Positions 53,215 through 64,000 of a DNA stretch of 64,000 bases are shown one piece after another; positions within the stretch are counted from its first letter, which is position 1; each line of letters begins with the position of its first letter. The DNA is from Chiloscyllium plagiosum (Eukaryota): positions 31,887,832-31,951,831 of the forward strand of contig NC_057712.1 of NCBI RefSeq assembly GCF_004010195.1, given 5' to 3'. Below the pieces are notes generated by a model. It did no database searches. It was not told the DNA's origin and saw nothing but the letters and a program-made list of their open reading frames with translations. The position numbers and the translations under genes were made by a program.

Positions 53215-53792
53215 TTTTTCATTTGTTCACCAGATGTCAGCAGGCCAGCTTTTATTGCCCATCTCTCAGTACCCTTGAACTGAATAGCTTTTCAGGTCAC
53301 TTCAGAGGGCAGTTAAGAATCACTCAAAATTCTGTGTATTTGGAGTCACATCGAGTCATAGCCATAGAATCACACAGAATAGAAACAGACACTTCAGTCC
53401 AACCAGTCCATGCTGAACATAATCCCAAACAAAACTAGTCCCACCTACCTGCTCCTGACCAAAATCCCTCCAAACCTTTCATATTCATGTACTTATCCAA
53501 ATGTCTTTTAAAGTTGTAATTGTGCCCACATCCATCACTTCCTCAGGAGTTCATTCCACACACAAATCACTCTCTGTGTCAAAGATGGCAGGCTTCCTTC
53601 CTTGTAATATATCAGTAAACCATGTGGATATTTACAACAATGATTACATGATCATTATTAGGCTAGCTTTTTAATTCCAAATGTTTTGTTGGATTCAAAT
53701 TTCACCACCTGTCATGATGGGATTCAAATCCATGTTCCTAGAAAATGAAACTGGATTTCTTACCTAGTGACATCATCACCACACCACCAGTT
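53215..53792 (-). mobile_element. tRNA-headed SINE (SacSINE1-like) interrupted by a HER1 3' fragment at 53353-53580
   Basis: Reverse-complement head GGTGGTGTGGTGATGATGTCACTAG..GGATTTGAATCCCA. The 3' tail resembles the LINE tail at about 4270-4340. The nested piece carries a HER1 tail. Confidence 0.55.
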
Positions 53793-53854
53793 CCTTTCAT
53801 GTTGCAGCCTTAACTTCACTAAAGTAGCAGGGAACCCAGACAGGAGAGCTATCT

Positions 53855-54205
53855 TACCCACTTAATCAACTTCCCACCCTAAGCCTCACACACCCAACCT
53901 CCCCTTATCCCCCAACCACCTGCCACCCTATACCCTCACCCATTGCTACCCTATCCCTTCCACCTGCTATTGTTACTTTACCAGCTTCCGCCGTAACCCT
54001 GCACGCACCCACCTGCCACTCTACACCTTTAGACACCTGCTACTAAATCCCTCATCCTTGTGTTGGTCAGCCTTCCCCTTATCCTTCTGCCACCTGTATT
54101 CTTGCCTAGCTTCCATCCTAAGACATCACCCAGCCACCTGCCAGGCTCCCAAACCATTTGCTGCATTACCTTTGTATCCACTTGCCTTACCCACTTACCT
54201 TCCAT
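53855..54205. repeat. C-rich low-complexity tract
   Basis: CCACC/CCTACC/CACCTG motifs, the complementary style of 25125-25930. Confidence 0.6.
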
Positions 54206-56627
54206 CTGTGGCCTTTCAGAGAGAATTTGAGAAATGTAACTTTATTAAATAGCACCATATAGCAATTTGTGCCATTGACACAAGGTGTAGGTTCTGCAAA
54301 GGTTCTTCTTTGTGAGGTTACCTGCACTTGATAAGTTGTGAGGGATTATTCAGGGGCAGTTGGGTCTGCAAAATCACAGGCAAATAACTGGGTGGACCTT
54401 AAAAAATGTGGGAAATACTGAGGCAGTTGAACATTTATCTTAAGAATGAAAATTTAGAAGCTTGATGCTGAGAAAATAGAATTCAATTCTGCAGCTAAGC
54501 TTTGAACTGTGACATGAGAATCTCACTATTTATATCAATTAGCAATCCATTTCTATTAAATCTTGCCTCATTGAGATGTAGTTTCAATTTCTCCCAGATA
54601 GAAACAAGGCAGTGACAGTTCCCAACATGAAAGTCGATGTGGGTGCTTGGTGACTCGAGCTTGCCGGTTTTTCCTCTAGGTTGCCTTTTTGAATAATAGA
54701 CCCCAACACCTCAGGTAATGCTCCACCCATACGTTCATGAAGGTTGGCATTGGCACAGACCAACCTTACCCATTCTGAATCACTTTAAAGGCACTTTAAA
54801 TACTTTGGAGCACAGTGCCTCATTGTAATGTTGCTGCAGGGCTCTTTGCACAGGGTGTAGCACCTATTTGACTTATGGATTCTACCAGGGTGCATTTCAC
54901 AGGGCACCACTTGCACTCTTCACACTCACTCGCCTTTTTGTGCTTTCTTTCATGTTCATAGTATTTTTGTCTTTCCTTGCCTTTTAGCGTAGGTAGAAAG
55001 CTAAGCAACTGCCATAGTTACCAGCAGACGTCAGTCAAGGAGTTCGGCATGTTGCTGGACAGTACTGTGCTATTTGGGATGTCCAGGGTCAGGGGACTGT
55101 ACTTATATAATCCAGAAAGTGGGCCACTGTTAATCCTGCAGGACCAGTTCAACTAGTTTGGGGATTTGTGGTTAGTCAGGGAGGTACACGCAGATCAGAC
55201 AGGAGCCCAGTCACTCATCTGTCAAAGTTGTCTCTCCATGTCAGTTAGGGATGTGGGGCCCAGTCAGTCATGGAAATCTGTCAGCTAGAAGTTAAGGGGG
55301 TTATCATGAATCAGTGCTGTGATGAAGAAGCTGGGGAAGTCAATCATGAATTTTGAAGACTGCTTGTTGGGATGAAGAAGCGATAATCATTGTAAAGGGG
55401 GTAACTTAATATATATGGTGGAGATGATGACACATGGGAGGGCAAAGGATGCTGCAGGTGGAGGGGGGCAGTCTTTGACAATCTGCGTCATCCTTGCTTT
55501 AATTCAGTGGGAGTTGGACAGCAAGCAACCATGTCTGAAATAACTGCACTACGTGCCTCATGGCAACGTGGGGAGGTGAGTAATTAAACTGGTTGGCTGG
55601 GAACATGGTGAAAATCAAAGCCATTGGGGTTGACAAGACAAGCAAGGAGTAAAGATTTGAATGGAAAGGCTGAGCCTGTTACTCCCTTATTAGAGTATGA
55701 TGGCTGTTGCCTTCCATCCTTATCCAAAATCATAGTGCACAGTGGAAATGAAATCAAACCCAGAGTGAGCAGAGAAAATATTTCATTCTCTAAATGTGGG
55801 GGGTGTTCACCTTTGTGAGGTGTAGGGTCGTTCTCAGACAACAGCCATAAATTCCCACGCAGGCAGGTGAAAGACCAATGTGATCACAAAATGCTGTATG
55901 CAGAGTTCATGCATTGATCAACTGTTTCAACTAAAATGCCTTGCCCCGAGCACTCATACAGCATAATGAAACAATCCTACTAACTGCTGTGACACAAAAA
56001 AAATGAATTGCATCTTGAAAAGGTTCACCCTGTTGCCAAAGCAGCAATCATCTTCCAAGGTCAAATGGCCTGCATAAAGTGCAGGAGCTACCTACTTCAC
56101 GCCTTGCGCTATAAAATATCCACATTTTATTCACTATGCCTTTCTTTCGTGCTGTGGGGTTGAGGTCCTCATTATTGAGGCCACATTTTCAATCTGTTCC
56201 AGAATGTAAGCAAAAAGGCTTGTGCAACAGATATCTGAACCAGGGTTACGATTTGCAATGTCCATACGTAAGCATACCACTGGCCTCCTTATCAGGGCCC
56301 TCCATGTCCTAATGTTTGGTGGACAGATGTTATTTGTGATTGCTGTGCCTGCTAAATGATCATGTGACTGAAGAGCTGCTTTGTTTCACTGAGGCTCATT
56401 GGAATCATTCCCCACTGGATCCAGGCACTGAACTTATGCTCATCCCTGTATTCACTGCACCAAGGGGTTGCATGAATGGATAAGGAACACATATATCTGG
56501 AAGGCCAGACCCAGCATCAACCTCCAGTGTATGTACAGTTGATCTGTATTGTAAAGCCTCTGGTCTTTTATGCCCCATAATGCAGCAAAATTGGAGGGGA
56601 CCCACAGCTGCTCATCTTCCATGGAAT

Positions 56628-57336
56628 GAACATAGAACATAGAACATAGAACAATACAGCACAGAACGGGTCCTTCGGCCCACGATGTTGTGCCGAACAT
56701 TTGTCCTAGCTTAAGCACCTATCCATGTACCTATCCAATTGCCGCTTAAAGGTCACCAATGATTCTGACTCTGCCACTCCCACAGGCAGTGCATTCCATG
56801 CCCCCACCACTCTCTGGGTAAAGAACCTAACCCTGACATCCCCCCTATACTTCCACCTTAAATTTATGTTCCCTTGTAACACTCTGTAGTATCCGGGGAA
56901 AAAGTCTCTGACTGTCTACTCTATCTATTCCCCTGATCATCTTATAAACCTCTATCAAGTCACCCTCATCCTTCACCGTTCCAATGAGAAAAGGCCTAGC
57001 ACTCTCAACCTATCCTCGTACGACCTATTCTCCATTTCGGCAACATCCTGGTAAATCTCCTCTGCACCCTCTCCAAAGCTTCCACATCTTTCCTAAAATG
57101 AGGCAACCAGAACTGCACACAGTACTCCAAACGTGGCCTTACCAAGGTCCTGTACGGCTGCAACATCACCTCACAACTCTTGAATTCAATCCCTCTGCTA
57201 ATGAACGCTAATACACCATAGGCCTTCTTACAAGCTCTATCCACCTGAGTGGCAACTTTCAAAGATCTATGAATATAGACCCCAAGATCCCTCTGCAACT
57301 CCACCTTAATAAGAACCCTACCATTAACCCTGTATT
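56628..57336 (-). mobile_element. CR1 LINE 3' fragment, third subfamily
   Basis: QRDLGVYIHRSLKVATQV..LVRPRLEYCVQFWLPHF and a (TTCTATG)n tail. Confidence 0.92.
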
Positions 57337-58097
57337 TACTGGAGTGGTTAAGGAGAAATTTACCATTGACAGAAAGGCATAAACTAGAAGACATCAATTT
57401 GAGATAAAGAGAGAAAGAAATGAAAGTAGAACGAGAAAAAGCCCTTTCTTTATATCATATGGGTAAGATATGAAATATATTGTGATTGGGATTGAGACAG
57501 CTTCAGTTATAGCTATCAAAAGGGAATTAGATAATTGTCTGAAGAGAAAAATATCACGACAAGGTGAAAAAACATAAGCAAGTTTTTTTGTGAACACGTT
57601 AATTGGAGTGAGACGATGAGAGGAAGAGTGGAGGGGAACGTGCAGAGAAAGGGAATAGTCATGGGGATGAGGAAGAGGAGGGTTGGGAGAAGGTTTTGGA
57701 AGAGCGAAGCAGAGAAAGTATTGAAAAGTGGAGGGTAATGAAAAATGAGAATGAGATTAGCTGAGTTGCTCTTGCTGAGAGACAGCCAAGATATCACTGG
57801 CTGAATGGCTTCCTCTGCTCCTGTAACTCCTCTAGGATTCTATTGTCTAATGATGTCTGTGCGCAGTCTTAGAGCTGATCTCTGCAAGAACTGATATTTT
57901 GAATGCATTAAACAATAAACTAAATTAGAAGTTGTCATGACATTGCCGAGAATGAATTGAAATTAAAAAGGTCAGTGGCTAATTTTGCACTACACGCTGC
58001 TAGCTGGTAGTTTCATGCATTGGCCATATAATCTGGGACATGACAGAAATACTGCCTGCAATTTCCACTGATTGCAAGGAAGTAAGACAATACAGAG

Positions 58098-59805
58098 CCT
58101 CCAGACCAAAGGGGTAGCCATGGGCACACGTATGGGCCCCAGCTATGCCTGTCTCTTTGTTTGGAGGTGCTGGTGTTGGACTGGGGTGTACAAAGTTAAA
58201 AATCACACAACACCAGGTTATAGTCCAACAGGTTTAATTGGAAGCACACTAGCTTTTGGAGCGACGCTCCTTCATCACCTCCGAAAGCTAGTGTGCTTCC
58301 AATTAAACCTGTTGGACTATAACCTGGTGTTGTGTGATTTTTAACTTTGTCTCTTTGTTGGCTACGTAGAACAGTCGATCTTCCGTAATTGCACCGGCAC
58401 CACTCCCCACCTCTTCCTCCACTACATTGATGACTGCATTGGCGCCACCTCGTGCTCCTGCGAGGAGGTTGAGCAATTCATCAACTTCACCAACACATTC
58501 CACCCTGACCTTAAATTTACCTGGACCATCTCTGACATCTCCCTCCCCTTCCTGGACCTCTCCATCTCCATTAATGACGACCGACTTGACATGACATTTT
58601 TTACAAACCCACCGACTCCTACAGTTACCTGGATTACACCTCTTCCCACCCTACCTCTTGCAAAAATGCTATCCCATATTCCCAATTCCTCCGTCTCCGC
58701 TGTATCTCTCCCAGGAGGACCAGTTCCACAACACAACACACCAGATGGCCTCCTTCTTTGGAGACCGCAATTTCCCTTCCCATGTGGTTAAAGATGCCCT
58801 CCAACGCATCTCGTCCTCATCCTGCACCTCTAGCTTATCTCTCCATCCCTCAGACCCCACTCCTCCAACCGCAACAAGGACAGAACACCACTGGTGCTCA
58901 CCTTCCACTCAACCAACCTTCGCATAAACCAAATCATCCACCAACATTTCCGCCACCTCCAAAAAAACCCCACCACCAGGGATATATTTCCCTCCCCACC
59001 CCTTTCCGCCTTCCACAAAGACCGTTCCCTCCGTGACTACCTGGTCAGGTCCACACCCCCCTACGACCCACCCTCCCATCCTGGCACTTTCCCCTGCCAC
59101 TGCAGGAATTGCAAAACCTGCGCCCACACCTCCTCCTTCACCTCCCTCCAAGGCCCTAAAGGAGCCTTCCACATCCATCAAAGCTTTACCTGCACATCCG
59201 CCAATATCATTTATTGTATCCGTTGCTCCCGATGGAGTCTCCTCGACATTGGGGAGACTGGACGCCTCCTAGCAGAGCGCTTTAGGGAACATCTTCGGGA
59301 CACCCGCACCAATCAACCACACCGCCCTGTGGTCCAACATTTCAACTCCCCCTCCCACTCTGCCGAGGACATGGAGGTCCTGGGCCTCCTTCACTGCCGC
59401 TCCCTCACCACCAGACACCCGGAGGAAGAACGCCTCATCTTCCGCCTCGGAACATTTCAATCCCAGGGCATCAATGTGGACTTCAACAGTTTCCTCATTT
59501 CCCCTTCCCCCACCTCACCCTAGTTCCAAACTTCCAGCTCAGCACTGTCCCCATGACTTGTCCTACCTGCCTATCTTCTTTTCCACCTATCCACTCTACC
59601 CTCCTCCCTGACCTATCACCTTTATCCCCTCCCCCACTTACCTATTGTACTCTATCTCCCCACCCCCACCCTCCTCTCGCTTATCTCTCCAGACTTCAGG
59701 CTCTCTGCCTTTATTCCTGAAGAAGGGCTTTGCCCAAAATATTGATTTTACTGCTCCTCGGATGCTGCCTGAACTGCTGTGCTCTTCCAGCACCACTAAT
59801 CCAGA
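58098..59805 (+). mobile_element. Penelope-like retroelement family B: RT 3' half + GIY-YIG + pLTR
   Basis: GVAMGTRMGPSYACLF, YIDD and ORF 58894-59523 (NIIYCIRCSRWSLLDIGETG..EEERLIFRLGTF). The pLTR has a mutated hammerhead at about 59717-59743. Confidence 0.93.
58162..58347. mobile_element. Fold-back mini-PLE (family A pLTRs) nested in the family-B RT
   Basis: About 70 bp near-perfect inverted arms. 12 bp TSD TGTCTCTTTGTT at 58150-58161 and 58348-58359. Confidence 0.9.
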
Positions 59806-60734
59806 TACAGGATGGGGATGTTGATTGACAGCACATACTGAAAAAAGAGATCCTCTTGTTTCTGCTTTATTCCCCTACTCCTTTATTCTTCTTCAAATAT
59901 TTAAATGAATGAATAAGATCACTGGATGGATTTTTATTGTTTTTTTGTTGAGTTTGAATTGCATTGAGTTGGATTCTCCCAGCGAAGTTGAATGAGTTTT
60001 CTTGCTGCACCACACCAAACCTACTGCCTGACTTGTTGTTTGAGCTCTCACAGTGAGAATCACCCTTATTTCTACCACTTCCTACAACGTCCTGTTCCTG
60101 GACCACTCACTGCTCACTGGAAATCCCTGAATTGACTGGCATCCCTGGTTGTGGAATCATCTTTAAAAGTCCATAATGGAGTGTTGGAACACCTCCTCTA
60201 ATCCAACATTTCAACTTTAGTTCAGGTAAACTGGGCTGAATCTTACTTTCGTTTGGCTATATCTAATTTGTCTTTTTTAGAGGAATTCCCACCATGATGA
60301 CTCAGCAAGTTCTCTCACCATATCATGTCAAATTCATCACATTAATTATCTATCATTAGTTTTTGTGCCCAATTCCTATCCCGTCTTACCATGTGCCATT
60401 TCCAGAACAGCTTGCCATTTCAGTAGATATTGTGGAAGTCATGAACATTCCATGCACCTAAGGCAGAGGATGTTGGGGATGTTGTGAGCAATCCAGGTTA
60501 TGGGCTCCATGAGAGCAAACAAAGAGCCCAGAGTTATAGCCAGGTCAAGTCTATAAACTGGGCGCTTGACCCTGAGAGCAAAGCGTCCTTGCCTCAATAT
60601 TATAATGATAGTTGCCCATGCAGCCTTAGGTGTATCATTGAAGTGCATTAGCATCCTATAAGCAAATTTGGGATGTGCTTGTGGGTGTGGAGTGCATTCG
60701 GTCAGTGCCCATGGAACGTGCCCAATATATTGGT

Positions 60735-60876
60735 CAAAGTGAGGACTGCAGATGCTGGAGTTTAGAGTCGAGAGGGTAGTGCTGGAAAAGATCAGCCGGT
60801 CAGGCAGCATCCGAGGAGCAGAAGAATCGACGTTAATTCCTGACCTGCTGTGCTTTTCCAGCACCACACTCTCAAC
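60735..60876. mobile_element. Fold-back mini-PLE (family B pLTRs)
   Basis: Inverted arms GTGCTGGAAAAG..GGTCAGG and CCTGACC..CTTTTCCAGCAC. TSD CCCAA/GTATATTGGT at 60721-60734 and 60877-60890. Confidence 0.85.
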
Positions 60877-61604
60877 CCCAGTATATTGGTGCCCAGTATC
60901 CAACATGGAGGTCCTTTGCAGCAACCATTGAGTTAAAACCACTAAATATCTGCTCTTGTATCCATGCTAAATTTTTCTGACAATTAATTTGTATAGTAAG
61001 TCTGTTAAGATAGCAATTTGTGATGGGTTTGATGGTTAACAAATCATTTCAAAACCAATAAAGGGCATCAGTGAGGAACTCACTGCAAGATCTCTCAATG
61101 CCACTTGAGGAGAATGGTGAAGTTGGAGTGATATTGGGATGAACATCTTATCCCCTTCCACCACTCATCTCACGTTGCCAATGGTGCTCAGAGCTTGGCA
61201 TGGTTCTGCCAAAGTTGGAGAGGGAAATCTTGACCAATTTTGTGTACAGTTTGAATGATGTTGAGTTACAACAATGTGTTTTAGCAATCTATCTTGATTC
61301 TTATCTCAGAGGAGTCGCTGCATTATAGTAGTATAATGTTATCATTTCTGTGACAGTCATTGATCTGTTAGTTGTGAATGAGACAGCTAATGCACCTTGC
61401 AACTTTCATGCAATTAAATTTGTCACAGTACTGCAAAGAAATATAATTAGACAAATTATGATACCAAGTCATAAGATATTAGGAGAGGTGACCAAAAGCT
61501 TTGTGAGAGAAGTTGGTTTAAAGAAGAGAAAGAGCGAGTTAGGAATGGAATTCCAGAGTGTGGGATGAAGGCACAACTGTCAATGGTGAAACAAAAGAAG
61601 TGAG

Positions 61605-61889
61605 TAGATTAGATTGCCTACAGTGTGGAAACAGGCCCTTTGGCCCAACCAGTCCTCCAAAGAGTAATCCACCTAGACCCCTTTCCCTCTGACTAATGCA
61701 CTAACACAATGGGTAATTTACCATGGCCATTTCACCTAACCTGCACATCTTTGGACTGTGGGAGGAAACCCATACAAACAGGGGGAGAACATTCAAGCTC
61801 CACATAGACAGTTGTTTGAGGCTGAAATTGAACCTGGGACCCTGGTGCTGTGAGGCAACAGTGCTAACCACTGAGCCACCATGCTGCCC
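61605..61889 (-). mobile_element. HE1/V-SINE, near full length
   Basis: Reverse complement starts GGGCAGCATGGTGGCTCAGTGGTTAGCAC (A box), then GGTTCAATTTC (B box), V-core and CR1-like tail. Confidence 0.88.
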
Positions 61890-63263
61890 TTAATATAGGA
61901 AAGGCCAGAAATGAGGGATCACAGGGTTTCTGAATGTTTCTGGGCTTGTAGAGTTCACAAAGATAGGAAAAGTTGAGGCTGTAGATAGATTTGACAAACT
62001 ATTATCTGTCAAATTGTGGGACCCTCTAATTAGGAAATCTTCATTACTAGACAATGGTCCAGTAGACTGATTTGGCTATCTTACAGTGAGATTTTCTTTT
62101 CAGATTGAAGGCATGGTTCCAGCTGAGATCACAGCACCATATGGACAATATTCAGTTGCACACTTCCTTCCAGAGCTCAGTTGCAGTTCAAAGACTTCTT
62201 TTCCATGAGCACCATAGTGTAATGAGCACTTCTGAAGATCGCTGTGTTTTGCTGAGTGTCAATAATACATGCAAATCAGAAACAAGGTTTGAACCTAACG
62301 AGATAAAGGTCTGGAGTTTGACAAAAGTCCTACTGTGAACAGCCTATGCTACATGTATCTTAAAGTTTGAGGCTTGAAACAAACTGAACTCAAATCCCCA
62401 CAGCAACATCAAACAGCTATGATTTATTATTTAAGCTGTTTCTTAAGGAGCTCGAGAATGAAGACCAGGAGAATGTGAAATCCTATTTTCATACTTCACT
62501 AACTTGTTAAGTTTAAATGGAGTAAAGGAGGGGATTACTGCAAAGATTATGATCAGTTACAGTCTTGTGTGTTTGACAGTGTTTAATTATACTCAGCAAC
62601 CCTCAGTCATTTGATCAACTTGGGCATATGTTGTCTGAGGCGTCTGGCTCTGAAACAGTGTTGGCTGAGGAATGCACAAAGCCCACCTCACATGACCTCA
62701 GGTAGAAGAACAACTCCAGATCTTGAAGAGAGACCTACATTTCAGATCTTCATAATCCCTATAACAATATAATTTGCACCCAGTTTCTACCATGTAATGA
62801 GTTATATCTGCTAAGGCAAGAGCCTCCTGTCATGAGACCACCTAATGATTTTCCTCTACCACACTTGAAAAAATGGGTCCTATTGATTCCAAAGTAAAAG
62901 AAAAATGTTATTGGTAAATTTATCTTATAGTCACCAAAAGTCCAGATTGCTCATATAGCATGACAAACTGTAAAGATTCATTATATGCTATGGTGTAAGT
63001 GGTACAGACTCCAGAGAATTTCAAACAGATTTTCAGACACAGAGGCCTACGACTGGAGACATTCATTAGCTGCAAGCTCTGAGTATCCTAGAAGTCTGCA
63101 GAAGAGCAACTCCTGGTAAGATTCAACAATGTACCAATTTCCCCTTGTGTTTTTTTTTCACTTTGGATGAGAAATTCAATTGTTTAAATTCTCTTGTGGA
63201 GCAGCACTATGGCTTTCAACCTCCACATCTTGCAGGCAGAATGTGCCGCAGCCTATCTTGCTG

Positions 63264-63456
63264 GATTTGAAGGTGTCAGTGTTGGACTGGGGTGTACAAA
63301 CTTAAAAATCACACAACAACAGGTTATAGTCCAACAGGTTTATTTAGAACAGGTTGTGCCTGATCAACCATCTGATGAAGGAGCAGCGCTCCGAAAGTTA
63401 GTGCTTCCAAGTCAACCTGTTGGACTATAGCCTGGTGTTGTGTGATTTTTACCTTG
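63264..63456. mobile_element. Fold-back mini-PLE (family A pLTRs)
   Basis: Inverted arms AAAAATCACACAACAACAGGTTATAGTCCAACAGGTT and AACCTGTTGGACTATAGCCTGGTGTTGTGTGATTTTT. No clear TSD. Confidence 0.85.
63369..63403 (+). ncRNA. Minimal type I hammerhead ribozyme motif (family A)
   Basis: CAT-CTGATGA-A-GGAGC-AGC-GCTCC-GAAA-GT-TA-GTG. Intact core, 5 bp stem II and 3 bp helix I (CAT/GTG). Sister copies read GAAA-GC-TA. Confidence 0.7.
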
Positions 63457-64000
63457 CCAGAGATTACCGTGTATCCAGGAGCATACTGTATGTGCGCTGG
63501 CAAATATAAATTTGGCACCAGTCTGACGTGACACAGCTCGAACAGCTGACTGAATGTTAGGGACATCAGATGGACCTTGAAACAAGGTTTCAATGGTTAC
63601 CCATGAAGAAAGAAGCAGGAAGCTATGAGATGAGCTTCGCTCTCATGTTGTTTCAAGGTCCAGGCAACCTGATTATGACTTTTGGAGCTTATTCCATTCC
63701 TTGAAGATACCTTGGAGTGTGTTTTGAGGGGTGGTTAGTTTAAATGCTGCATGCTGGATTTATATAGCTAGACTGTGGCACAAAGGTTACCAACTTATTT
63801 GGGATTGCAATAGGAGTGCCTCTGAGTTCAGAATATGACAGAGGCAATGCAGAGGCCAAGCTCTGCACCATCCCCACAGCAAAATTGAAGGTGGAATCCT
63901 CCATGCCTCTTGATAATGACTGAGATGACAGAATTTCAGTGGTCATCTGTTTGAGTTGTTTAATAGATGGAGGTGTGTGGAATCACTGAGAGGTGGTTGG

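Noticed and set aside
58162-58347. Long palindromes as CRISPR repeats, terminators or miRNA genes
   Set aside because: The context is eukaryotic, there is no repeat-spacer periodicity, and the arms are PLE pLTR sequence flanked by TSDs.
61820-61889. tRNA gene
   Set aside because: The A/B boxes belong to a SINE head continuous with the V-core and LINE-like tail, and no complete cloverleaf is evident.
62104-62338. Strong plus-strand acceptor (TTTTCTTTTCAG) followed by a 77-codon open frame
   Set aside because: There is no convincing donor or known protein similarity, so it cannot be supported as a CDS.

Overview
This is eukaryotic, repeat-dominated DNA, most likely intronic or intergenic sequence from a cartilaginous fish. 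The shark assignment is inferred from HER1-type CR1 LINEs with (CTATGACT)n tails and HE1/V-SINEs. No intact, recognisable host protein-coding gene is present, and almost all listed ORFs are fragments or antisense readings of transposons. The window holds many 5'-truncated CR1 LINEs, L2-like LINE remnants, tRNA-derived SINEs, at least three Penelope-like retroelement (PLE; RT + GIY-YIG) families, one TA-flanked pogo/Tigger DNA transposon with a decayed DDE transposase, a Gypsy integrase remnant and a 13-N assembly gap. The most interesting system is a set of minimal hammerhead-ribozyme motifs (CTGANGA-A-stem II-GAAA-NN-TH) carried by PLE terminal repeats. These repeats also occur as short fold-back (inverted-repeat) insertions with 12-14 bp target-site duplications, including two PLE families nested reciprocally inside each other. 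Lower-confidence leads are an unassigned decayed coding-like kilobase (27960-28900), a possible ERV PBS/gag remnant and three phase-compatible candidate exons on the minus strand. Family names come from motif recognition by eye, not database searches, and boundaries of old repeats are approximate.
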